In this document: in pieces, positions 50,816 through 63,100 of the stretch | Position numbering within the stretch: position 1 is the first letter of the stretch | How the letters are laid out: the number at the start of each line of letters is the position of its first letter | IMG/VR virus record: IMGVR_UViG_3300002092_001237 | Span: 1 to 64,000 of that record | Strand: one strand, 5' to 3' | DNA length: 64,000 bases | From: a virus | Made by a program: the position numbers and the translations under genes | The notes under the pieces: generated by a model | What the model saw: only the letters and a program-made list of their open reading frames with translations | What the model was told of the DNA's origin: nothing | The model's database searches: none

Positions 50816-51458
50816 CTATGATAGTAAATTTACCTTTGGCACTGTCTACCATTTTTGCTTCTTCTAGTTCGGTTTGGAACATCTCTGACCATTTAAACGT
50901 ACCTGTGTATATCTCATCACGGTTGATTAATACATCATAGGTTGCTGAATCGTCACGCAACCACCACGGTTGGAATTTAATATTTTCGTCTCCCCACCAC
51001 TCTTCGTTAGGGGGCAGTAATTTCGTTAATTCCGGAGAATCCATATCTATAGTATATTCGATATTTTTACCCAATACACTGTTGATAGTTATATGTTCGA
51101 TACTGAGATTTTCTCCAACTATATTAACTAGTTTTAGGAATATCTGGCTACCTATAGTTTGATCGTTAGTTTTTCCCGGAACCATAAAAACATTATTTTC
51201 GATATCACCTAATACGTCGTTATCATGATCTTCTTTCGAAACCATAATCGCATTATTCATTAGTATGCTAAAGAACACTTCGATCTGTTCAAAGGCTATA
51301 TCGCATAATGCTTGATTTTCGACTGTATAAAAGAATCCTATGTTAATATCGAAGTAGTTAATAGCGAACATCTTATCGATGTAGATCATAGAACTAAAAG
51401 ATGTCGACCATCTATGTGAAATCGCGTCAATCGATTTTGATAAGCTCATTGATGTCAT
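50793..51458 (-). CDS. Hypothetical protein
   Basis: 221-aa ORF with AGGAG RBS. Confidence 0.7.
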   Translation of the reverse strand: MTSMSLSKSIDAISHRWSTSFSSMIYIDKMFAINYFDINIGFFYTVENQALCDIAFEQIEVFFSILMNNAIMVSKEDHDNDVLGDIENNVFMVPGKTNDQTIGSQIFLKLVNIVGENLSIEHITINSVLGKNIEYTIDMDSPELTKLLPPNEEWWGDENIKFQPWWLRDDSATYDVLINRDEIYTGTFKWSEMFQTELEEAKMVDSAKGKFTIIDGGKNVH

Positions 51459-51663
51459 TTTCTCCTGTTTCAGCAGCCAACTTAGCTTTGGCTAACTGCC
51501 TTTCTTCTCTTTCAAGTTTATAACTATCTAATAATAACACAATTTGACTAGTTACGCTAGGAGAAAATCGCATAGCTTGAAAATATCTTTGGGTTAGTTC
51601 CTGTATCTTTTTTTCTAAATCTTGTTCGCTAAAAGTTGATAAATCGATCTGTAAAGGATGCAT
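51427..51663 (-). CDS. Small helical hypothetical protein
   Basis: 78 aa; TAATG coupling. Confidence 0.68.
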   Translation of the reverse strand: MHPLQIDLSTFSEQDLEKKIQELTQRYFQAMRFSPSVTSQIVLLLDSYKLEREERQLAKAKLAAETGENDINELIKID

Positions 51664-52514
51664 TAAACGTATATGCCTTTATAATCCATATACACAGTTG
51701 CTCCACCATCTAATGTCCAAAAATCAATGATCAGTGGGTTTGTACCACTTGCTACTGTTATTTTCGGAGTAATATATAATAAAGATCCCGCTCCACCAGC
51801 TAGATCACTCTTTAATACGCCTGCAACTCCAGTTGCGTCAACACTTTCTGATACAGTAAAGTGTGTGCTATCATTTATAGTCTTAACATAATAGATATTG
51901 TTAGTGATTATATTGCTATCAAAACTAGTACCTGTAAACTGTATTGGTTGGTTAACTGTTAGAGTAGCGGTACTTGTGCAGGTTATTTGATCACTAATTG
52001 AATTAGTCGCAGTGCATTGAATCGGAGTGAGTAATGTTACGGAATTTGTATTCTTTTTCAATACACCACCGTTAACTGGTTGGAAATTTACCATATATTG
52101 GAAATAAGTGCTAACACTATTGGAATTCGTTAGATGAACTCTTATCTTTCCAGCAGTGCCACTAATTGGAAAATTCTTAATATTTAAGACAACGTTGTTT
52201 GCTGTAATCCTAAAGGTTTGATAGTTGCCTAAGCTAAAATCAATATCAGCTGAAGTGCTAACATTTCCAGCAACATTAACCGCTTCTGAACAGTATATTA
52301 GATTTGCTCTAGAAATTTTTACGTTTCCAAAATCATTGTCCGTATCTGTTTTAGCGGTATTCTCCATGAGGTCTTCGAGTTCGCTTTTTGTAGTTTGGAA
52401 ATTCGTTTTGATATAATTGAAATTATCTCTAAATCCCTGGCTGTCGTTATCCTTACCCGCCAACGGATATGTCTCATCTATACTGCTATAATTTATATTA
52501 CTAACACTAGCCAT
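51663..52514 (-). CDS. Virion structural protein (baseplate or tail associated)
   Basis: 'IDETYPLAGKDNDSQGFRDNF' N-terminus with coiled coil; CGATAAATA box at 52544-52552; follows the baseplate gene. Confidence 0.65.
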   Translation of the reverse strand: MASVSNINYSSIDETYPLAGKDNDSQGFRDNFNYIKTNFQTTKSELEDLMENTAKTDTDNDFGNVKISRANLIYCSEAVNVAGNVSTSADIDFSLGNYQTFRITANNVVLNIKNFPISGTAGKIRVHLTNSNSVSTYFQYMVNFQPVNGGVLKKNTNSVTLLTPIQCTATNSISDQITCTSTATLTVNQPIQFTGTSFDSNIITNNIYYVKTINDSTHFTVSESVDATGVAGVLKSDLAGGAGSLLYITPKITVASGTNPLIIDFWTLDGGATVYMDYKGIYV

Positions 52515-55500
52515 TTATAACCTCTCTTGCTGGAAATGCGATGTATTTATCGCCGTACTCACCGGTCACACTATCGATTATGGCTCGGTCTATCGTTAAG
52601 TCAATCGTAGTAAAATCGAATTTAGAATTCTTTATATTAAGAATTATATAATCTGCTTCACCTGGTAAACAATAGCATAAAGGTATCGCTTTAGTAAATC
52701 CCTGTTCAACACCGCTACGTGTCTGTGGAGTACGCATCCATAATGGGAGATAGTTTCGCTCAGTGTCACCAACTGCTGATATAATCTTACGTATATTCGT
52801 GACACTATTTCCAAATATAGTTTTAAAATCATCGCTTATAAGTTGACCACCATAATCTACAGATATAACCCTGTCCTGCATCATTATACGTGGCAATACA
52901 TCTTCGCTCATCTTATTGATATTATTATCATATATATCGCTATCTATAGTATCTCTGCGCCCTTGATTGATCGATGTCCTGAATGGAATATTTTTCGTCT
53001 TTATCGTCATCGGAACAGAACTAGTTTCATTTTCTAGATTATCGATGATCTGTAAGTATATGACTTCATATATAACCGTATTAGTGCCTGGTTTTTTTCC
53101 TACAGCTTTTTTAAGTTCCCCTATGCGGAATCTCTTCCAACTAGTTCGTCCAAATGCCGATGCATATTGCGCTGCTGTTTTAGTTTCAATTCCTGGGTAT
53201 AATAGCATCTTTAGATCGGTCTGTATACCGAACTCTGGATCTCCCATACGATATATTTTTTCTCTAACGAAAATACCAGGATCAGTTAAGAAAGATGTAA
53301 CTGTTATTCTATTATCTCTTTTCATAAACGGTTTTACATATATGTTGCTGTATAACTTATTGTTAGGAGTATTAACAGCAATCTTAAAAGTTTTAGCGAC
53401 AGCGGAATAGGTGAACTGATCCTTTGCTTCAACCGTAAATAGATATTCTCTATCAAGTGATGTTTTGTGATTATCAAAAGATGTAATATTACCATCGATG
53501 ATAGTTAATCCGGGGTTAGTAGAAGTTCCAAACTGATTTATTTTTCCCTGTAGTGTACCATCGTTGACAAGGGTTATTCCAGGGGGTAATCTGCCTCCAA
53601 CGAGAGCATAAGATAGAGATGCACTTGTAATGCTAGTCACAGCTTCAACTGCTAACGTACTAACAAAATTAGCATCGATTAATCCCAAATCTCCATCTGT
53701 TATAAAATGAATCGTGCTTTCAATATCTCCCATTAGATCTATTGTAAATGTTCGAGTGCTACTAACGATAAATGTAAAGATGAAACTGATACCAACAGGT
53801 ACTAGGATAGATACACCTTGGCTTAGTGTGACGGTCTTCTTTATAGGATTAACCTCTATTACGATAGTTCCCTGTCCGACATAGTTAGTCGTACCCACAC
53901 TTGTTACTAAACTACCTACTCGTATGCCTATCGTAGAATCTAGTGTTAATACATTACCTCTTAAGCTAGTTGATGTTGTTGTAGTTCTCTTTATAGAACT
54001 ATTATCAAACGGGTCATAACGTATAGCCATGATCGTAAATTCATAAGTCCTTGTAATTGCAGGCTGCTGTGGTACTGATCCATATATTTCACCAGTTATC
54101 TGATCCAGCATCATTCCTGGTGGAAGTCCGGCAATTCTGCCTTCGGATGTAATATTGCCATCGTTAACGTTTGGATTTTTAACATAGAGATAACCGATAG
54201 TTCCCTGTAGTGTTGCAGGATCGAAAACATCTAAGAAAATAGTGATGTAGTTATTAGCACGTTTTCGTCCTAGATTTGGAGCAGTTATCCAAATTGGTTT
54301 CCTGAGATAAGCTATATCTGCTGTATAAACAGTAGACCCCGAATGCATTACAGTAGTATCAGATCTGAATAAATCATCCCCTACTACGAAAATTCTAAAT
54401 TTCTTATCAGAGTAATATGCACCATCAGATGCTCTAACTACGAATTCATAATATCGATTTAATTTCTTTGGTGTCCTAACAGGATCGCTATAGTCATATC
54501 TCACATTGTCGTATAAAAAATCTTCATACCCGTTAGTTGGGCGTTCTCCAAAATCGTAAGGTTCTTCGTCGTATCTATCCTCATCATAGAATCCAGAATC
54601 GTTTCCCTGTAGTGTTGATAAGATAGCATCTGTAAATCCAATTAATCTTCCTGAACTAGTTAGTGTTATCCCCGGAGGTAATGAACCGCCTCTTGGTGGA
54701 ATATAATAAGTTAATCGTGTGCCTGTAGCAGTATCATTATCGATAGCAGATAACTGATAATCTATCTGGCTATTGTCTAACACGAATAAATTAGTATGAT
54801 CTTCTTTGTAGCTAAAGGTCAGTTCGGGTATGCGTGTCTCATATACAGTTCCGTTTGCTCCTGTTATATCCAAACCATTATATACGAATATAGTGCCCAC
54901 TACCGGATTTTTACCAGCACCAATATCTGACCAATTAGTAGTACCTATTGTTTTGATTTTATATGTAGTACCTACTACTAATAAAGATTGATTTACGGTT
55001 ATTTGGAATGTTAAATCTCTTGTTATAGGATGACTTAATCTAATTTTCCTATTAACTAGATCTATCGAATTTACTATAGTTCCATTAACAAATGGGGTAG
55101 TATAGCTATCTATCGAGATAGTGCTTCCTAATCGAATACCACGCGACGATGACACATATATAATGGTATCTTCTTTTAAGGCTTCGCGCACTAATCGTCG
55201 AGTTGCTGTTATTACTCTTTTACCACTAGTTCCGACTGGTAAGGTATAAGCAGTATCGGACGGAGCGGGAGACCATCGAGGAGCGTCGGGGCCTTGTACT
55301 GTTATTAAGAACGTTCTATCGGATATTCCGTCAAGGTTACTAGCACGTAATACGAATTTAAATTCAGTATTCTCTACTACCTCATATGGTGTTCCTATAA
55401 TAGAATGATTTTCTATTCTCAATCCAGGAGGCATATTACCGGATATAACATCTATGAAGATATCGCCGGGAAATGTAATATAACCATTTCCTAAAATTAT

Positions 55501-56409
55501 CGGCGTGCTGCGATATTGTGGTCCTACTATATATGGATATACCGGTATCGATGGTTGTTCTGGATCGACGGTTATGAAATATGCATATGTGCCATTGGGA
55601 AATTCTGGAGTCTTACATTCTCTACCATTATATTGATCTAGATCACCGTGTCCTGCATAAACGAAATCTTCGATGTATGATCCGTCAGGTACTGTCCCAT
55701 TGCCTCGTTCTGAGTCTGATAAGCGATACCCCGTTTCCATAATTCTTATACCACTATTTGGATTATCTGAGATAGAATATCCATATGGCCCATATATAGG
55801 CCATCCGTCGAACGCATAACCTAATATTGGACTATGCTGACTAGAATTCTTAGTGTATAGTAATGTTGGATCACTGTGATAATAAAATTTTCCATCTGGA
55901 TCGATTATACCCGATCCGTCGGTGAAGTAATTGTTTAATTCTGGCTGTTTCTGTATAGGATAGATAACATTATTTTCTGTATATTTAAAATCTCTTATAG
56001 TAACTGTTTTTCCCAAAGATGGACTTTTAAAAGGTACACCGTCTATAGCGATACCTATAAAATCACTTGTTTCGAACTTAATTTCGGGATCATCTGGAAA
56101 TACAGGTATTTGAAAAACATAAGATTGTGCGATTGGTCTATATCGATTATATCCAGCAGGTGCACCTAGCCATGCTGTACGTGCTAATCCTGTGCTTTCT
56201 ATATAAAAGAAATCTTTGTTAGCATACCAAGACAGTCCTGCAAATCGATCTGTCTTATGAGGTATGACTTGATTTTCAGTATCGCTGACTAATAGCTCTA
56301 TTGGTGCTCGTTGTCCAGACTTAGGATTATCTACAAGCATAACTCTTTCTTGTAGAGTTGCGAGAATTGTATTTGAATTTTGTGATGCGTCCCAGCTAGG
56401 CGTTGCCAT
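52507..56409 (-). CDS. Baseplate-wedge-like structural protein with a YHYH domain and He_PIG-like repeats (1300 aa)
   Basis: 'IGIAIDGVP','YYH','HSPILGYAFDGWPIYGPYG','LDQYNGR...TPEFPNGTYAY'; 'LPPGxxL' Ig repeats; 'LPLWMR.PQ' C-terminus. Confidence 0.72.
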   Translation of the reverse strand: MATPSWDASQNSNTILATLQERVMLVDNPKSGQRAPIELLVSDTENQVIPHKTDRFAGLSWYANKDFFYIESTGLARTAWLGAPAGYNRYRPIAQSYVFQIPVFPDDPEIKFETSDFIGIAIDGVPFKSPSLGKTVTIRDFKYTENNVIYPIQKQPELNNYFTDGSGIIDPDGKFYYHSDPTLLYTKNSSQHSPILGYAFDGWPIYGPYGYSISDNPNSGIRIMETGYRLSDSERGNGTVPDGSYIEDFVYAGHGDLDQYNGRECKTPEFPNGTYAYFITVDPEQPSIPVYPYIVGPQYRSTPIILGNGYITFPGDIFIDVISGNMPPGLRIENHSIIGTPYEVVENTEFKFVLRASNLDGISDRTFLITVQGPDAPRWSPAPSDTAYTLPVGTSGKRVITATRRLVREALKEDTIIYVSSSRGIRLGSTISIDSYTTPFVNGTIVNSIDLVNRKIRLSHPITRDLTFQITVNQSLLVVGTTYKIKTIGTTNWSDIGAGKNPVVGTIFVYNGLDITGANGTVYETRIPELTFSYKEDHTNLFVLDNSQIDYQLSAIDNDTATGTRLTYYIPPRGGSLPPGITLTSSGRLIGFTDAILSTLQGNDSGFYDEDRYDEEPYDFGERPTNGYEDFLYDNVRYDYSDPVRTPKKLNRYYEFVVRASDGAYYSDKKFRIFVVGDDLFRSDTTVMHSGSTVYTADIAYLRKPIWITAPNLGRKRANNYITIFLDVFDPATLQGTIGYLYVKNPNVNDGNITSEGRIAGLPPGMMLDQITGEIYGSVPQQPAITRTYEFTIMAIRYDPFDNSSIKRTTTTSTSLRGNVLTLDSTIGIRVGSLVTSVGTTNYVGQGTIVIEVNPIKKTVTLSQGVSILVPVGISFIFTFIVSSTRTFTIDLMGDIESTIHFITDGDLGLIDANFVSTLAVEAVTSITSASLSYALVGGRLPPGITLVNDGTLQGKINQFGTSTNPGLTIIDGNITSFDNHKTSLDREYLFTVEAKDQFTYSAVAKTFKIAVNTPNNKLYSNIYVKPFMKRDNRITVTSFLTDPGIFVREKIYRMGDPEFGIQTDLKMLLYPGIETKTAAQYASAFGRTSWKRFRIGELKKAVGKKPGTNTVIYEVIYLQIIDNLENETSSVPMTIKTKNIPFRTSINQGRRDTIDSDIYDNNINKMSEDVLPRIMMQDRVISVDYGGQLISDDFKTIFGNSVTNIRKIISAVGDTERNYLPLWMRTPQTRSGVEQGFTKAIPLCYCLPGEADYIILNIKNSKFDFTTIDLTIDRAIIDSVTGEYGDKYIAFPAREVING

Positions 56410-56419
56410 TATTTCCGAT

Positions 56420-56445
56420 CTCCGTACAATATTTATCGTAGGGAG
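56420..56445 (-). promoter_or_regulatory. Late promoter CGATAAATA inside an imperfect RBS-sequestering hairpin
   Basis: CTCCCTAC-GATAAATATT-GTACGGAG; GGAG SD in the 3' arm; one C.C mismatch. Confidence 0.55.
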
Positions 56446-56451
56446 TTTTGT

Positions 56452-57123
56452 TTAAACTATAGCACCGTAATCGAGATCAATGTAAGTTGGATTGGCATAG
56501 GTTCCTAGGTCGAAATTCTGCTGCATCATTAGCCATTCTATGAAAGATTTTGGTAAAGGGTTTGATAATAATCCAAAATCAAAATCATTAACTTGATTAT
56601 TTACACGCTTTAAATCAATGCCATTTCCTGTTATATTATAACCATTTAGATCTAGATTGGCTCCTAATCTTGGTGTAGTTTCTCTCTGTATGCGCCCGTC
56701 GACTGTTATCGTATCTCCGATAATAGTAGTATGTACGCTACCGTCTCCTGAGATAGTTATACTTTTTGGAGCAGTAGTAGTTGTTATATAATGGTTATCA
56801 TCTGTTGTTATTCTGTTTATCGCGGGCCAAGTATTTTTTATAACAATATGATCGCTTCGAGCACTTAGTAGATCGTTGGGATCTATATGTGGATTTACTA
56901 CGGATATACCGTCGCTTTGTACTAGAGATCTAAAACGTAGGTCTACGCCGTTTTTCTCTTTGAATATCCCAACGCCGGTGCCGGCATTACTCGCAGTATT
57001 ATTCTGTCCAAGATGTAGGTAGATTTCATCAAAATTATCGTTTACTTTTACAAAGGCCGTACGTAGGTCATCACCTGTTCCGTCGTTGATATAATTTCCT
57101 ACGTTTATCGTTTGTAAAGCCAT
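56452..57123 (-). CDS. T4 gp9/gp10-like baseplate or fibre-connector protein
   Basis: N-terminal 'INVGNYINDGTGDDLRTAFVKVNDNFDEIY' is the gp9/gp10 N-motif; CGATAAATA at 57140-57148 and GGAG RBS. Confidence 0.75.
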   Translation of the reverse strand: MALQTINVGNYINDGTGDDLRTAFVKVNDNFDEIYLHLGQNNTASNAGTGVGIFKEKNGVDLRFRSLVQSDGISVVNPHIDPNDLLSARSDHIVIKNTWPAINRITTDDNHYITTTTAPKSITISGDGSVHTTIIGDTITVDGRIQRETTPRLGANLDLNGYNITGNGIDLKRVNNQVNDFDFGLLSNPLPKSFIEWLMMQQNFDLGTYANPTYIDLDYGAIV

Positions 57124-57151
57124 AATCTATCTCCGTAAGTATTTATCGGTG

Positions 57152-60100
57152 TTAGTGTTTACCCACTAACACCTCTATTACGCTAACTCTATCGCCATCA
57201 TAGTCCGCTAATGCTTTACCTATGATGCTACCTGCTCTAGGATCTTCGCTAGCCATAGCAACACCCGGAACCATACTAACAACCATCATGTCACCTTTAG
57301 AAACCTTACCAATAACCTTACATGGTACGCGACCTTGTAGTGCTACAGTAGCAACGAATTCAGCTTCTAGCGCACTATTCATTAAATGTGCTGGATGTTC
57401 CGATATAACCCCTGCTACTTTAGTAGTACCTTGACCTTTGGCCAATGTTACTTCCTGTTCGCCGCCGATCATCAACACTGTACCGGGCTCGTATTTCTGA
57501 TCTGCTACATAATTTTCTGCCAAGTCAGCATAACGTGCTTGTGTAGCAGTACCATATATTAGATTCCAATTTAATCCACTACTGCCTAGGTTGTATGTTG
57601 CGTTCGCTAATGGTAATATATTTAGAGTATAAAGATCACAACTATTGATATCAATACCTTTATAGTTTCGAATGTAGGCATGATTATTTGAGTTTAAGCC
57701 AATACTTAATACTCTATTATCACCACCACTAAATGTAAAATTCGAATTAATAGTACTATTGGCCCAAGTAAATACTTCCCCTGCATCAACACCTGCCGGC
57801 GTCGTACCAAAAATCGAACTTATTCTTAAATTACCTGCTGTTATACTACCACCAGAAGTTATAGAACCTGCTGTTATACTACCACCAGAAGTTATAGAAC
57901 CTGCTGTTATACTACCACCAGAAGTTATAGCACCTGCTGTTACAGTACCAAATGTTGAATTACCGGAAGAATCTCTTGATACTAAGTTTTGGGCACTAAT
58001 AACCGTAGAACTATATGTAATAGTACCAAATTGTCCACTACCGAGTCGGGTCAATACACCAGTACCTACGCTGCTATTCGGAATACTATACGCAGCAGCT
58101 AAAGCACCGTCTACGACTGCGGTAAAATTAATCGCCGTTGGAGTAGCGGCGCCTGCTGTACTATTTCCAACGACAGTATTACCACTGATCGCTAACAGCC
58201 TATCTAATTTTAAGCTATTTGATTTAATGCTAGCGAACCCTGTACTAACGGTAAATTGATTAGCATCAAGACTAACTGCACCTCTTAGGGATCTTATAGT
58301 AGCAGTCGTTAATGTTGCAACACCGCTAATTATGCTAGAATATGTGATAGTAGATGATCCAGCACTATTAGTAGTAGCACCAGATACGATGTATGTACCA
58401 TTATATCCTGTAATACCAGTGACACCTGCTATAACTATTCTAGATCCTACTGGAAATGTATATCCAGTAATCGGAGTCAACCCATCTAATTGTAAAGGAC
58501 TAGAGAATGTCACGGTAACCGTTGTACCATTACCTGATATACCTGTTATAGTTATAGTTTCACCATAACTAGCATTAGCATTATCGATCGACAATTTAGT
58601 ATGATCGATAGCTGCTGTTGCAGATACTTTGCTATCTACTACTGCACCGGATTGTATAGTATATGTTAATATATTACCAGTTGGACCAGTAGCACTTAAA
58701 GCACCGACTACGTCACCTGCTGTTCTAGTATTGACCCATTTAGTGCCGCTATACACCATCATATCGCTACCAGTAGGCCCGGTTGGAGTAGTATATAAAA
58801 CATCGCCTAGTTGTGCGACATTTGCTTTAGTGTCAACATAGCCCTTGGTAGAAGCATCTGCGGTATCAGTTGGTGTTCCTACATTGGTTATCTTATTGCT
58901 GTTCATTCCGATACTATCCGGAACAGTAACCACTCCAGCACCGCCGGGGGTACTAGTTACCGTAGTGCTCGAAACAGTAGTATAAGTAAACGATGACAAC
59001 GAAACAATGCCAGTAACTGTTGTTGTAGTATTAAATGATGTATCAGTAAGTCCTGATATAGTGATTATAGAACCTACACTAAGAGCATTTGGCTGTGAAG
59101 TAACGATAGTTGCTGTTGTACCGGTTCTTGCGAAAGTAGCTATAGCAATCTGTGAAGTCGATCCCATAACGAACAGATCTATCTCATATCTTGTACCGCC
59201 GGTTAATTTTAAAAATTGATCAACATAGCTCTTATTAGCAGCATCGGTGCCACTAGAGGGTGCTACTACGTTTGCTATCTTATTAGTACCCATATCCAGG
59301 GTACCTTTCATCGTCACGCCAGCGCCGGGCTGTAGTGGTAAGAATCCCGAGCCGATCGGTGAAGTGCTAACGGTACCGTTTAGATCTACACCAAGTCTAC
59401 GATTTACATATTCTCTAACAGATGACATAGTTGGAACAGCATCACCAATATCTGGCATAGTAGCATCGTTTAAGAATTGAGTTATGAATACTCCGCTCTT
59501 AAATCCGAGACCAGTTAATCCACTAAGAACGATACTAGCACTAAAGCTAACTGTACCAGTACCTTGATCAACTGTAAAGAATCTACCTACACGGAAGAAT
59601 CCGTCTTGGTTAGTTGCTGCGAAGAACACACGCCCTCGGTTTTTTTCTTGAACTTCCGCTTTAGTATTACTACCCACCGAATCAACAGCATTGTTATTAT
59701 CAACCTTAGCTTCATAAGGAACACCATTTATGCTATTAGGATAATTTGAAGTATTATATCCCCCCGTTCCAATGTTCAAGAAGTCATGGCTTGTAACACG
59801 ATTAGTACTGATATTGGCGGTTAATAATCCTGATATTTCTTGTACTACAGCATTGGTACTGTGTACTGCTGCTACAGTACCTAATTGAGCACGATTAACA
59901 CCTGTTAATGTAGTAGTGCTACTGATTCCCGTGAATGAGAAGATTTCGCTATCTATTCTAACATATCTAGTATAAGTTCCATTATATGAGAACGTAGAGT
60001 TAGATGCCATTACTATAGTATTAACAGCACCGGTACCAGATATGCTCGATGATATAGTCGATGATCCATATGATTTTATTCCGGCGCTGATACTAACTCC

Positions 60101-63100
60101 GGTTGGAATAATAGTATTAGTCGGTAATGCTGAATTTAAAGTTAAGGTAGCATATGATCCAGGACTAGTGGCTGTATATGCTGTAATAGTTCTAGTATAC
60201 CCCTTTGGAGTTACGTTTTGATCTACCCACCCAAATTCCATTCCTACTATTCTTGATTTGTCGATATCAGTTAGTTCATTTATGCGTATAGTAGTCGCTC
60301 CACCTATCGCTGCTGTGTTTGTAACGGTAGCTGTAACGTAGCTATAATTACTATCAATCGTTATAAGACTAGTACCGCCTTGATATGCATTTATAGTAAC
60401 CGGAACACTAACATTTCCAACCGATACGTTATTTGAATTAGTTATAACCCATGTTGATGCATTTGTTGATGATACTGTTATAACTGATCCGTTTATCCCT
60501 GTACCACTTAATATCAATCCAGCTGATAATGAACCGTAACTTGGACTACCAACCACATTTAAAGTAAACCCACTTATATAACCACTAAATGTACAGACCA
60601 GTGTTGGATTTTCGTTTAATGCTTCTGTAGTTCCATATCCTGCATCGCCTGGATTTCGACTGTTATTGTAATAATTAGATGATAGTGCGACAGTTCTATA
60701 ATTGTTAGAAATACCGTCATATGTAAAATCTAAAGCAGTTGAAGGCCGAGATGTTAGTCCTACGAAATTACCATAAAATTTAAAGATTTCTGTAGTTCTT
60801 AACACTACAAAATCACCGTCGTTCATATTTTCAGTGAATTTTGTCGATGCTCCGTCGATTCCGGTACCTAAGCTAATTTTTGCGATTTTAGTATTCAACG
60901 TCGCAGTAGCAGGAGTTGATAAAGTTGCCCCACTAATAATACCAATCGATGCCGGAATACCAAAGATAGTCCCCGCCGTTGGTACTCCAAATGTAAATGT
61001 GCCAGTTGCTGTTACAGGATTCACTAGGTTGGTGCTTATCGTAACCACAGCAGTAGTAGTAGTAAAAGTAGGTGAATTCATAGTCAGAGGAGTTAGATTT
61101 GGACCCGAGCTTACTAAAATACTCGACACATAAGTAGTAGCTGTTGAAGTAATAGGATTAGGAGTAGTTGAAAAAGTTACAGTCTGTCCGACCTGTAACG
61201 GACTTTCATAAACTGTAACTCCGGTTCCGAGCCCAGTTGTTGAGATACCATTATAGATGAAAGATGTTCCAATAGCTGGAGTTGCTACGCCAGTTGATAC
61301 ACCTATACTCCACCACTGGGCGGATGTAAGTACTACAGATCCTAGATTTGCAATATAGTATATCTTGTTTAAATTAGAATTACCTGATATACTTGCAAGT
61401 GGAATAGCAGTGTATGCAGTACCGGCAGTTGTAGTTATTTGGAAGGACGATTGCCCCGTAGTACCGATAGTATTACCGGTCATAGTAACAGCAGTAACAC
61501 TGTTTTTACTACTATTGTTTGTTATATTCCAAGTTGTTGTTGTAACACCTCCAGTTGACGTAGTTGATGCTAAACTATTGACAATAACATTATCAGTATA
61601 TGCAGCATTTGTGCCACCAGTCCATATTAGAACCATACCGGGTGCTATAGCACCATACGTTGGATTACCAGTTACTGTTAGAAGTGTCGGAGTTGCTGCT
61701 GCTATAGTTCCAGTAAAAGATGTAACTGCTAAACCAGGACTAGCCAGTGCGACCCCAGTACCACTAGTTCCACTATATGATGGACCAGAGTTTAACACTG
61801 GGAATGTACCGTTAAAATCCGCCGAGTTGGCTGGTAATCCGTTACTTAATGTTACAGACGATGGTACACCACTTATTGTCACAGTATCGTAAAATGTTAC
61901 AGTACCGCTAACCGCACCTGAATTAGGAGCACTCAACGTAACGGTATTTTCTTTTACCGAAACTACTGTTGGGAATAATTGTGCTGTTAAGGTAGCACTT
62001 GTAAATGTGAGATTATTGGGATTTGTTACAGTCCACGAATTACCACTGGATGTAATTACTATACCCGTTACAGATATGTTGTTAGGGTTTTTTATAACCC
62101 AGGATAATGCTGATCCCGATGATATAGACACTATCCCTGTTATACCAGTACCTGATAAAGTCTGTCCAACCGCAACAGTCCCTGACGTTACAGATTGTAT
62201 CGTCAGGGTAGTACCGGAGATTGAACCTGTAAATGTTGCTCCAGGTGTTGCAACAGCAACTACACGTATATTATAAGTTACGCCGCTGCCGGTTAGTAAC
62301 AAGCCGTTATTGATTAACTGTCCTGGAACTAGAGTCTGATAACCTGTAGTAGTTAAGGTAGTTAATGTTCCCGAAGCGATAGTGCCTGTAAATGATGTAG
62401 TAAGACCAATATTTGTCCCTGCAACTATCTGTCCTTGATAGATGTTATAATTTGGAGCTACTACCGTGGGCGAAGTGAAATTGTTTACGGCACTTACGAG
62501 AGTTATAGTGTAAGAACCACTAGAACCTGTAACATTAGTTACTTGGGGAGTTCCACCATTAGGTGAGGTAGAGAATCCGTGCTGTGTAGTACATGTTATA
62601 GAACCCACTCCAGCACCGCCTTTTGCGATCATTGATATCGATGCACTATTAACGACGGGAGTGATATTATTGATAGTATACGTTGTCTTACCTGCGACAG
62701 GATGATATACCTGTATTTCTGTTATTGAATATGGAACATAATCATATCCTACTATGGTCATAAGTGACCCGCTAGCAGCATTATAACTAGCTCCATTATA
62801 TACAGAACCCTTCTTATATATTCTAGCATATTGAGTTAAATTATCTGCAAGTGTTACATATCTAGGAACTTCTCCTGGATCGGAACCTTCTGCTTTTAGC
62901 CCAAAAAATCCGTTTGAATTTGATCCACTAACTGCACGTATCTGTCCACCATTGATAGAATAATATGCTGTATGGCAATAGTATGTAAACACACTGACTA
63001 ATTCCATCAGCGCATTATTGGTTACCATTATACCATATGCTATATCGTTTACCTGTGTAAAGTGTGTCGCTAGCATACTTTTATTACCAGCAGTTTCTAG

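Noticed and set aside
57833-57943. 33-nt direct repeats as a possible CRISPR array
   Set aside because: The repeats are head-to-tail with no spacers and lie in frame within a CDS.
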